Assembly: GCF_018336915.1 (NCBI RefSeq)
Contig: NZ_CP064924.1
Span: 60,001-92,000 of the forward strand
Direction of reading: 5' to 3'
Origin: Acaryochloris marina S15
Lineage (GTDB): Bacteria > Cyanobacteriota > Cyanobacteriia > Thermosynechococcales > Thermosynechococcaceae
DNA length: 32,000 bases
Shown: one piece after another, positions 24,455 through 32,000 of the stretch
How positions within the stretch are numbered: the stretch's first letter is position 1
Layout of the letters: each line of letters begins with the position of its first letter
Notes under the pieces: model-generated
What the model saw: only the letters and a program-made list of their open reading frames with translations
What the model was told of the DNA's origin: nothing
Databases searched by the model: none
Made by a program: the position numbers and the translations under genes

Positions 24455-26569
24455 CTACTCTGTGACTATTTTGTGAGTTTGAGATGCAGACTGAGAATGT
24501 TCATGCGGTTTTATTTGAGGTTCCCCCACCAAAATGACTGAGCCTGAAAGCTGATTGAGCAAGGGCGTCGTACTAGAACCAAGGCTTAGCCTATTATTGA
24601 TACGACGGCGTACCGCTCTCAACACCACTAAATCATAGTTCTCCGCAACTTCGGCTATTGCGGAGATGGGGTTGTCTGCTTCCAAAATCTGGGTCTGAAT
24701 CCGAGCCTCCGTTTCGGGCAAACGCGAAACTAGAATTTCTAGCTGTTTTTGAATACGCGTTTTGTTCAGTGTGGAAGCCCGAGGACTACAAATGTGTAAG
24801 AGCGTTATCTTTCCACCATTAACTGCAGTCAATACCTGGGCAACGCGTAAAACTCTGAGCATAGACGGATTGGGAGTCTTAATGGGCACCAAAATGTTGT
24901 GAAGCTGAGTTGGGGACACCAGTAACTGAGCCACCACCACCAAAGAATGAGCCATTGCCAGTACATCGTCCTGAATGCTGCCAAGCAGATGTCCGCTGCC
25001 CCACGGACGAGGTCCCATTCCCAACACGATCACCTTGGCGTCTTCTTCCCGACCGACGTAGCTGATCGCTTGGGCAATGTCATTCGCAATTCGCATTCGA
25101 GGCACAAGAGGAATATTGAACGTTTCATTAATATGTTCTGCAGCTGTTAATCGTTGGCGACAGTGAATGATGGCCTGTTCAAGTTGGGGAGAATCCATCT
25201 GGGGTTGAGCTCGGGCAATTGCCAATGGAATCACTCGACCTTGCTCAAATCGAGCAATTAGTGAGGCTAACTCAATCAGATATTGTTCTGTTCTGGGGTT
25301 CTGGACGGGCACCACTACAGAAAAAATGTTAGGTATCACTTGTGGCAACCAGTCAAAGGAAATACCTTGATCTAGAGTGGTCTGGGTGGCCAAGCGGCGA
25401 GCAAATCGGGTAGTCACTAGAGGCCCCAGGATGCATGTCACCAGCATCATTAAAATAACGCTATTAAAAACCTGAATATTGATGATTTGGGCTTCATATC
25501 CAACCAATGCGGCAGCTAAGGTTGCTGCCACCTGGGGAATTGATAAGGACCACATGCTCCAAAACTGGGGCCAGCTATAGCCAAATAACAGCTTAGTTCC
25601 TAACGACGCCAAGAATTTAGTGAGAAGCAGTGTCGCCACCACCACTAGCGGTATTTCAATAAAAAGTAAAATACTACCAAAGGCTTTAAGATCAAGCAAG
25701 AGACCCATATTGATGAAGAACATGGGAATAAAGAGAACGCTGCCTAGGAACTCCGTTTTCTCTTTAACCGGACCATCGCCAATGATACCGTTAATGGCGA
25801 GTCCTGCCAGAAAAGCCCCAATAATGTTTTCAACACCGATGAGCTGTGCAATGACAGCACTGAGAAATACTGACAGCATCACAAATAAGAATTGATTGCC
25901 TTCGTCCTGGCCCGTTTTACGGAAAAAGAATCGGCCAAAACGCTTGAGACCTGACAGTATTGCTATCGTATAGAGCGTGAGCGACCCCAGCAGAATAAAA
26001 AGCTTGAGGGTAGTGAAGTTACCCTGATTAATCCCAAGACAAATAGCTAGTACGAGCAATGCTCCAATATCCGTAAAGATGGTGGCTCCTACGGTGATTG
26101 TGATTGCTTCATCTCCAACAACACCCAAACGCTGGATAATCGGATAGGCCAAGAGAGTGTGTGAAGCCAGTAGGGAGCCAATCAAAACTGCAGCCAGCCA
26201 ACCATATTGAAACAGCAGCCCTACAGCAATACCCCCCAGCATGGGGATGGCGAAAGTTAGAAATCCAAAGGTAAGAGACCGATTTCGTGTTCGCTGAAAT
26301 TGCACGAGATCAATTTCTAAACCGGCAACAAACATCAGATAAATCTTGCCGATTTCTGACAGCAACTTTAGGGTCTCAGAATCAGGTTTCAACCAGCCTA
26401 GGCCACTACCGCCAAAAATTATACCTGCAACCAAAAGCCCTACCAATCCCGGTAGTTTTAGGCGTTCAAAGATGGGAGGTGTGATGAGAGAAATCGCTAA
26501 TAGTAGGACAAATGTTGTCACTGGCTCACGCAGGGTTTGAGCCGCAGACTCTACAAGCAGTAAATACAT
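24455..26569 (-). CDS. CPA2-type cation:proton antiporter with a C-terminal tandem USP-like domain
   Basis: The N-terminal part of the 704-aa ORF (about 400 aa) is polytopic and Kef/NapA-like. The C-terminal part (about 300 aa) is soluble, with two halves that each start with a USP-like strand (VVPVQNPRTEQ...; ILVPIKTPNPS...). Confidence 0.8.
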   Translation of the reverse strand: MYLLLVESAAQTLREPVTTFVLLLAISLITPPIFERLKLPGLVGLLVAGIIFGGSGLGWLKPDSETLKLLSEIGKIYLMFVAGLEIDLVQFQRTRNRSLTFGFLTFAIPMLGGIAVGLLFQYGWLAAVLIGSLLASHTLLAYPIIQRLGVVGDEAITITVGATIFTDIGALLVLAICLGINQGNFTTLKLFILLGSLTLYTIAILSGLKRFGRFFFRKTGQDEGNQFLFVMLSVFLSAVIAQLIGVENIIGAFLAGLAINGIIGDGPVKEKTEFLGSVLFIPMFFINMGLLLDLKAFGSILLFIEIPLVVVATLLLTKFLASLGTKLLFGYSWPQFWSMWSLSIPQVAATLAAALVGYEAQIINIQVFNSVILMMLVTCILGPLVTTRFARRLATQTTLDQGISFDWLPQVIPNIFSVVVPVQNPRTEQYLIELASLIARFEQGRVIPLAIARAQPQMDSPQLEQAIIHCRQRLTAAEHINETFNIPLVPRMRIANDIAQAISYVGREEDAKVIVLGMGPRPWGSGHLLGSIQDDVLAMAHSLVVVAQLLVSPTQLHNILVPIKTPNPSMLRVLRVAQVLTAVNGGKITLLHICSPRASTLNKTRIQKQLEILVSRLPETEARIQTQILEADNPISAIAEVAENYDLVVLRAVRRRINNRLSLGSSTTPLLNQLSGSVILVGEPQIKPHEHSQSASQTHKIVTE

Positions 26570-26612
26570 GGGTCGTCCTTCGGGGTGATCTCATTAATTG
26601 GATCTCGTAGGT

Positions 26613-28448
26613 CTAAAGACCATAAAATCTAACAATTAAGAGAGGGGTCATCATTGCCATCAAAATATTCAGTGGTAAACCAATTCGGATGAAATCATAG
26701 AATTTATAACCACCTGGACCATAAACCATCATGTTGGTTTGATATCCAATCGGGGTCATATAACTATTCGAAGCCGCAAAGGTAATGGCGAAAATCAAGG
26801 CCAGTGGATTAAGGTTTAATGCCTTGGCTACCTCTACAGCTAGAGGAATGATCAGAATCACCGCAGCGTTGTTTGAGATAATTTCGGTCAGAACCGAGGT
26901 AAACATATAGAACAATACCAATACCCAAAAGCCAGGTAAATTGTGGCTGATTGAAACAAGAGGTCGGGCTAGCCACTGTGTTGCTCCTGATTTGTCCATA
27001 GCGATACCTAACGGAAGCAATCCTGCTAAGAGGAAGATTACGTCCCAGCGAACAGCTTCGTAAAGTTCTCCAGGCTTGAGACAGCCTGTGATTACCATCG
27101 TCAGTACACCTACGAGAGTAGAGACTAGGATAGGTATCCAGTGGAATGCAGCTGCACCAATAACTAAGACAAGGATGGAGATCGCAATGCCAGCTTTTTC
27201 GGAGCGTAACATTTCCACATCACGGGGTTCCATTACTAATAAGTCGCGGCTGGTGTGAAGTCCGACTAGGCTGTCTCGGGGGCCTTGAACCAGCATTACA
27301 TCACCAAATTGGATTGGGACTTGGCCCAAGCGATCGCGCACCAGCTCCTTGCCTCGGCGCAAGGCCAGCACCGTCACGTTGTACTGCTGACGAAACCTCA
27401 AATCCTTAAGGGTAAAACCAATTAACTGAGCGGTTGAGAGCACTAAAACTTCCGCGATCATCTCTGCTCCAGAACTCAAATTCTTTTCAATGCTTTCCCG
27501 CTTGAACTTAGCTACCGGTAGAATCTCAAGTCCCCGTTGATCATTAAGACTAAGTAATTCATCGCGGTGGCCTCGGACAAGTAAAATATCTTGAGCCTGG
27601 AGAGACAAGTCCACGAGGGGTTGGGTGAAACGCTCTCCCGCACGGATCAACTCCAGCACATCCAGATCGAATTTACGCTGTATTTGAGTAGAGCGCAGCG
27701 TTTGCCCCACAAGGCTAGAGTGAGGGGGAATCGTCACTTCACTCACATACTCTTTCAGATCAAAATCGGAGAAGGAAAGGTTGGCCGTTTTTCGATGGGG
27801 TAGGATTTTCGGGGCAGCAATGGCCAGGAAAATTAATCCAATGATAAAAGTGACTATTCCTAATTGGGTAAACTGAAACAGAGAAAATTCACCATAGCCC
27901 AAATCTCTGGACACACCACTGGCTAGGATATTAGTGGAAGTCCCAATCCCCGTCATCATCCCTCCCATGATGGTGATGTAAGACAGGGGAATGAATAGTG
28001 TAGACGGTGAAATATTCTGCTTTTTAAACCAATCTTCTACAACAGGCAGAAAAACTGCCACCACTGCCGTATTGTTAATGAACGCCGTGATCGGCCCAAC
28101 TAACAACCCCATGACTACAATTTGCCGCGAAGGATGTCGACCTCCCCAGTGAATCAATCCATCTCGCATCACCTGGATGATACCTGTTTTGGTAACCCCA
28201 GCACTGAGGATAAACATCAGCATTACAGTCACCGTGGCTGGATTACTAAACCCTGAAATCCCTTCTTCAGGAGTGACCAATCCTAAAAGCATCAATACAG
28301 CAGTCACCATTAATGCAGTGATATCGACTGGATACCACTCTGCAATAAAGAAGATAAGGGCTAAGCTGATGATGCCTAATGTCAAAAACTTGGGCTCTTG
28401 CAGTACCTCTATGGCAATACCATTAGCCCACAACAGGGCATTAGACAT
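26613..28448 (-). CDS. SLC13/DASS-family permease with two central TrkA-C (RCK_C) domains
   Basis: Two polytopic halves flank two soluble repeats (VTIPPHSSLVGQTLRSTQI...ELIRAGE and EVLVLSTAQLIGFTLKDLRF...ALRRGKE). The start was moved to MSNALLW (ATG at 28448). That ATG overlaps the ABC gene stop as ATGTCTAA, so the longer ORF-track start would overlap that gene by 95 nt. Confidence 0.8.
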   Translation of the reverse strand: MSNALLWANGIAIEVLQEPKFLTLGIISLALIFFIAEWYPVDITALMVTAVLMLLGLVTPEEGISGFSNPATVTVMLMFILSAGVTKTGIIQVMRDGLIHWGGRHPSRQIVVMGLLVGPITAFINNTAVVAVFLPVVEDWFKKQNISPSTLFIPLSYITIMGGMMTGIGTSTNILASGVSRDLGYGEFSLFQFTQLGIVTFIIGLIFLAIAAPKILPHRKTANLSFSDFDLKEYVSEVTIPPHSSLVGQTLRSTQIQRKFDLDVLELIRAGERFTQPLVDLSLQAQDILLVRGHRDELLSLNDQRGLEILPVAKFKRESIEKNLSSGAEMIAEVLVLSTAQLIGFTLKDLRFRQQYNVTVLALRRGKELVRDRLGQVPIQFGDVMLVQGPRDSLVGLHTSRDLLVMEPRDVEMLRSEKAGIAISILVLVIGAAAFHWIPILVSTLVGVLTMVITGCLKPGELYEAVRWDVIFLLAGLLPLGIAMDKSGATQWLARPLVSISHNLPGFWVLVLFYMFTSVLTEIISNNAAVILIIPLAVEVAKALNLNPLALIFAITFAASNSYMTPIGYQTNMMVYGPGGYKFYDFIRIGLPLNILMAMMTPLLIVRFYGL

Positions 28449-30300
28449 GGCTGGGTTGCTTATATTGCATCTGATGAAAATGCCACAGTTGGCCTCGTTG
28501 GTCGAGTAGCGCTTGATAAGTACCTTGCTCGACAATTCGCCCTTTTTCTAGCACGACAACCTGATCAGCATTCGCAATGGTAGATAAACGGTGAGCAATG
28601 GCAATGACTGTTCTTCCAGCAACCAATTTCATCAACGACTCTTGGATCAATTGCTCTGTGACCGAATCGAGGGCACTGGTGGCCTCATCCAAAATCAAAA
28701 TTTCGGGATTTCTCAAGAGTGCGCGGGCAATTGCAATCCGTTGACGTTGTCCACCGGACAGGCGAATGCCCCGATCACCCAGCTGAGTGTCGAACCCCTC
28801 GGGCATCTCACGAATAAATTTGAGGGCATTAGCCTGATCAGCAGCCTGTTGTACTTCTGAATCGGTGACATCAAATAGTCCATAGGCAATATTGTCGTGG
28901 ACAGAGGCATTGAAGATATAAGTCTCCTGACTAACGATTGCCATCCGATCACGCAACGTCTTAACCTTGAGCCGTCGGAGATCAACGCCATCCACAAGAA
29001 TTTGACCTTCTATTGGGTCAAAGAATCGCGGAAGCAAATCAGCTAGAGTAGATTTACCCGCCCCCGAGGCTCCCACTAGAGCAGTCACCTGACCTTTCTG
29101 AATTTCTAAATTTAGATTGTCTAGAACAAGTCGATCTGACTCATAGCCAAAGCTGACATCAACGAACCGTATGGCACTGTGCAACCCTTGAAAGGGAATA
29201 ACACCATCTTCTAGAGTAAATTTAGGTTTCTTCGCCAATAGTTCACTTACATTCCGTAGTGATCCCTGCAAACTGATCAAATTAACCCGAGAATCAGAGA
29301 GTTGAGCAATGAGGGGCAATGTGCGTGAAACCACAAATAAAAAAGCTAACAATGTGGATGCTTGTAGTGCTCCACCCGCTATCAAAATTGTGTAAGCCGA
29401 AGTAATAAGAACAATTAGAAGTGTACTGGTAATCCCTCGGGAGATTGGCTGCACCTTGAGCATATCTTGCGTCATCTCCTGGGCAGTGTTCAAGATATGA
29501 TCAGCAGCTTGGTAATAGCGTCGGCGTTCAAAATTTTGAGTATTGCAGGCGTGAACTGTACGGATGCCATAGATAAACTCTAAAGTAATCGCTGTAAATT
29601 GCTTGTTTGCTTGAGGGACAGCAAAACTGGTGTTTCTAACCTGGCGCTGCAGCACTTGTAGCCCCCAAGATAAAATTCTCACAAACAAGAATGTTGCTAG
29701 AGATAACTGCCATGACAGCATCACCATAGAAACGCCATAGCCTAGTAACAAAGACTGTTGTGTAACCATCATGGCAACAGTCATTAAAGCTTGTTGAATC
29801 TGGTTTATCTCACTGGTGAGTGTGTTGGTTAGTGAACCCGTATCAGAGACTAAATAGTAACTGAGGCTAAACCTTTGGAGCTGCTCAAATAATTTTTTGC
29901 GGAGGCGGTTGACGAGCCCGAGAGCGGTAAACCGGAAATATAGCTGTCCCCAGAAAGAACCAAATATCTGAAGCCAGGTTACCATCAAGGTCAAACCGGC
30001 CAGACGATATACACGCTGACTTGCTGAAGTTTGAATTCCCAAGAAACCCATATCAATCCAATCAATTCGTGTTTGCAAAGGGGGAGCGTGAGGGGAAGTG
30101 AGTCCTTGGAGCAATGCCCCAATCAAGCCAATACTCAAGGCAGCCATCAAAGCAGACAAAAAAGAACATAATAGAGCTAACACAAGGTAACGACGATAAT
30201 ATTTCAGCTCTCGCAGAATCAATTCATGTTCCTGCCATAAGTGGGTTGCTTTCAGTACATTACGAATGGCTATAGGCAGTTGCAATTGCAGTCTTAGCAT
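28441..30300 (-). CDS. ABC exporter, fused permease and ATPase (MsbA-like half transporter)
   Basis: The 619-aa ORF has an N-terminal domain of six TM segments, Walker A (GASGAGKST), the signature LSGGQRQR and Walker B (ILILDEATSALD). Confidence 0.85.
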   Translation of the reverse strand: MLRLQLQLPIAIRNVLKATHLWQEHELILRELKYYRRYLVLALLCSFLSALMAALSIGLIGALLQGLTSPHAPPLQTRIDWIDMGFLGIQTSASQRVYRLAGLTLMVTWLQIFGSFWGQLYFRFTALGLVNRLRKKLFEQLQRFSLSYYLVSDTGSLTNTLTSEINQIQQALMTVAMMVTQQSLLLGYGVSMVMLSWQLSLATFLFVRILSWGLQVLQRQVRNTSFAVPQANKQFTAITLEFIYGIRTVHACNTQNFERRRYYQAADHILNTAQEMTQDMLKVQPISRGITSTLLIVLITSAYTILIAGGALQASTLLAFLFVVSRTLPLIAQLSDSRVNLISLQGSLRNVSELLAKKPKFTLEDGVIPFQGLHSAIRFVDVSFGYESDRLVLDNLNLEIQKGQVTALVGASGAGKSTLADLLPRFFDPIEGQILVDGVDLRRLKVKTLRDRMAIVSQETYIFNASVHDNIAYGLFDVTDSEVQQAADQANALKFIREMPEGFDTQLGDRGIRLSGGQRQRIAIARALLRNPEILILDEATSALDSVTEQLIQESLMKLVAGRTVIAIAHRLSTIANADQVVVLEKGRIVEQGTYQALLDQRGQLWHFHQMQYKQPSHV

Positions 30301-30518
30301 TTAGTTTTCATAAGACTAGACTGAAGGGGCAGTCAGCTTTGATACAGGCCATATCCCTTGATCTAAAATGGGGGTCTACGTCATGCCAATTGAATTTACT
30401 TCGGGTACTTTCCCCGCTGCTTGCAGCGAAGGAATTAGCTCACAATCTAAACCGAAGGTTTGGGAGTGAAACTCTTTTCATACCCCGACTGCTTTCAGCG
30501 GGGTAGTTGATTATTTAA

Positions 30519-30556
30519 CCTGGAGATATAAACAATCTAGAGGCCATATCTCCAGG
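30519..30556 (-). terminator. Hairpin downstream of 30597..30986
   Basis: A perfect 11-bp stem (cctggagatat / atatctccagg) with a 16-nt loop lies about 40 nt after the stop. The flanks are moderately T-rich on both strands. Confidence 0.45.
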
Positions 30557-30596
30557 GTTTAAGTATTTATGTTTATAGTGTTTCCGTAAACTAGAA

Positions 30597-30986
30597 TTAT
30601 TGTGCTTCAAATGCCCTTTGGCTGTCGCAAGTCAACGGACAAGCAGCAAAAATAGCTGGAGTCTGTTTGTTTGTCTTTGGATTGAGCCAAAGCAAGCCAG
30701 GAGATTGATGTGGGTGTATCCCCCAAACCGTAAGTGAACCTGCAGCGCCCAGCAAGATGATCACATTAGCTGTCAAAATAAAGCCTGCAACTAATGCAAT
30801 TGAACTCATTGGCAACACAATCTGCAAACCTAGAGCCAGTAATGCACCACTAATAAAAATGAGTGCCACAACAGGAAACCCCACCACTAACCAACAGACG
30901 GTAAGCGTAAAAACCCAGATTAAAAAGCATTTTATTGTTTCTCCCAAAGACCAATTCGGGAAGGCTAAAGAGTTCGATGAGATCAT
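30597..30986 (-). CDS. Small hydrophobic membrane protein (3-4 TM)
   Basis: The 129-aa ORF is almost entirely hydrophobic helices (FLIWVFTLTVCWLVVGFPVVALIFISGALLALGLQIVL...). I recognised no family. Confidence 0.5.
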   Translation of the reverse strand: MISSNSLAFPNWSLGETIKCFLIWVFTLTVCWLVVGFPVVALIFISGALLALGLQIVLPMSSIALVAGFILTANVIILLGAAGSLTVWGIHPHQSPGLLWLNPKTNKQTPAIFAACPLTCDSQRAFEAQ

Positions 30987-31330
30987 AGTTTTCCCTCAAG
31001 TTTGGTAGGATATTATTTTTAAAAAACAGCGTTTAGCCGACCTGTCACAGAGCACTTATGTTTAGAATCTTCCCCTTTATACTGCCGACGACTAAGGACT
31101 TAATATCTTTGATTGGCTCAAACTCCTTTCTACACAAGACTTTTAGTCTCAATAAAAAAGTAAATCTTTAACTCGTTCGGAGTACAACTATTTCTGAAGG
31201 TAGGCTATTTCTTTAGAATAGTGGGGCAATGTGTCATATACATGTGAAACGTATGCCATGTTCATGACTCAGAGGCAGTCAGTTTGATAAATGGAGATTT
31301 ACCCCCTAATATTACGTAGCTGATCGCGGA

Positions 31331-32000
31331 TCAAAATTTGGGGCTAGCAGGGCTCTTTTGGATTAGGACTGTTTGTGTTGTGTCGTTACCATTTGCGTAT
31401 GCAACCGCATTTTTACCCGCTGATTTCGCGGTATACATGAGTTTGTCTGCAGCTTGAATCAGCTCATCAATAGAATTGGGCGTATATTCAACAATTAAGA
31501 CACCCATGCTGCAGGTGACAGGCCATTGATGCTTTTCCATTTCTTCAAGTAGAATTTTCTGCAATCTGGCAACTATATGCTTGACTTCTGTCTCTTCAGG
31601 TATGTGCAGGAGAGCTGCAAACTCATCCACTCCTATACGAGCAACAAGATCAGTTTCTCGTAAGCAGTCACTCAGAATATCCGAGACGATTGAAAGAAGG
31701 ACATCTCCGGTGTGATGTCCCCATTGATTGTTAATGGTCTTAAAGTTATCTAGATCCAAATAAAGAAGCGCGAAAGGACAGTGGTAGCGCTTAAATCGCT
31801 GGACTTCCATATTGACGGCGTGATAGAAGGCTCTGTGGTTCAACAGCTTCGTCAAGGGATCTGTTCGAGCGAGTTGGCGCTCGGACTCTAGAATCAGCCT
31901 CTGTTCAGCCAGCAAAGAGGCAACAACCATAAAAAAGCCTAAACGTGTTAAGGCATTCCAATACAACAGATAAGACTGGGAAAACTGCAACCCGGCAAGT
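31331..32000 (-). CDS. GGDEF-domain protein with a degenerate active site, 5'-partial (runs off the window)
   Basis: It has the DPLTKLLNHRAF, LYLDLDNFKTINNQWGHHTGD and RIGVDEF motifs. The frame is open to the window edge, and the ORF-track M at 31990 is a TTG codon. Confidence 0.75.
   Translation of the reverse strand, partial: LAGLQFSQSYLLYWNALTRLGFFMVVASLLAEQRLILESERQLARTDPLTKLLNHRAFYHAVNMEVQRFKRYHCPFALLYLDLDNFKTINNQWGHHTGDVLLSIVSDILSDCLRETDLVARIGVDEFAALLHIPEETEVKHIVARLQKILLEEMEKHQWPVTCSMGVLIVEYTPNSIDELIQAADKLMYTAKSAGKNAVAYANGNDTTQTVLIQKSPASPKF

Noticed and set aside
28449-28535. The longer ORF-track start for the SLC13 permease
   Set aside because: It would overlap the ABC exporter 3' end by 95 nt. 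The ATG at 28448 gives the classic ATGTCTAA stop/start overlap.
24947-28583. Plus-strand ORFs inside the antiporter, permease and ABC genes (24947.., 25620.., 26287.., 26346.., 27076.., 27591.., 28177.., 28398..)
   Set aside because: All are antisense to long membrane-protein ORFs with clear family features and are typical antisense shadows.
30400-30510. CRISPR-repeat-like hairpins (ccccgctgcttgcagcg, ccccgactgctttcagcgggg)
   Set aside because: The two hairpins are not the same sequence, there is no regular repeat-spacer periodicity, and there are no cas genes. It is not a CRISPR array.

Overview
The window looks like cyanobacterial chromosomal DNA. The HIP1 octamer GCGATCGC occurs at 1952, 7923, 14122, 15470 and 27330, and cyanobacteria-typical families (DUF1400-like, DUF1830-like, pentapeptide repeat) are present. 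Gene density is high and most genes are on the minus strand. From left to right the content is as follows. (1) 97-11078 is a minus-strand run of envelope or cytoskeleton-flavoured genes: two secreted DUF1400-like paralogs, a TM-helix-repeat membrane protein, three paralogous single-TM coiled-coil proteins, a small outer-membrane beta-barrel, an Omp85-type barrel, an MreB-like actin coupled to a pentapeptide-repeat protein, and a double PRC-barrel protein. Five intergenic regions in this run carry variants of one 28-bp palindromic motif (CATCC-N4-GGACTAGTCC-N4-GGATG). (2) Two 100% identical 1343-bp TnpB-only IS200/IS605-type elements (11270-12612 and 19736-21078, direct orientation) bracket a rimK trio, a DUF1830 gene, an OmpR-type regulator/histidine kinase/MscS operon, and a PRC-barrel gene that carries a frameshift and is tail-clipped by the second IS copy. 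(3) Two more PRC-barrel paralogs lie divergently, followed by an Hsp20 gene. Next comes a truncated TnpB of a second family, cut at a TTAT by a 75-nt perfect palindrome built from the left end of the first IS. (4) Transport genes follow: a CPA2 antiporter with USP domains, an SLC13/DASS permease with TrkA-C domains, and an ABC exporter. After these come a small membrane protein and a 5'-partial GGDEF protein with a degenerate GVDEF active site. No rRNA, tRNA or CRISPR array was seen. I found no known defence system. The most interesting candidates are the motif-linked envelope/MreB-like/PRC-barrel neighbourhood and the IS left-end palindrome. All functional calls rest on reading the supplied translations and the DNA by eye. 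No database search was run.
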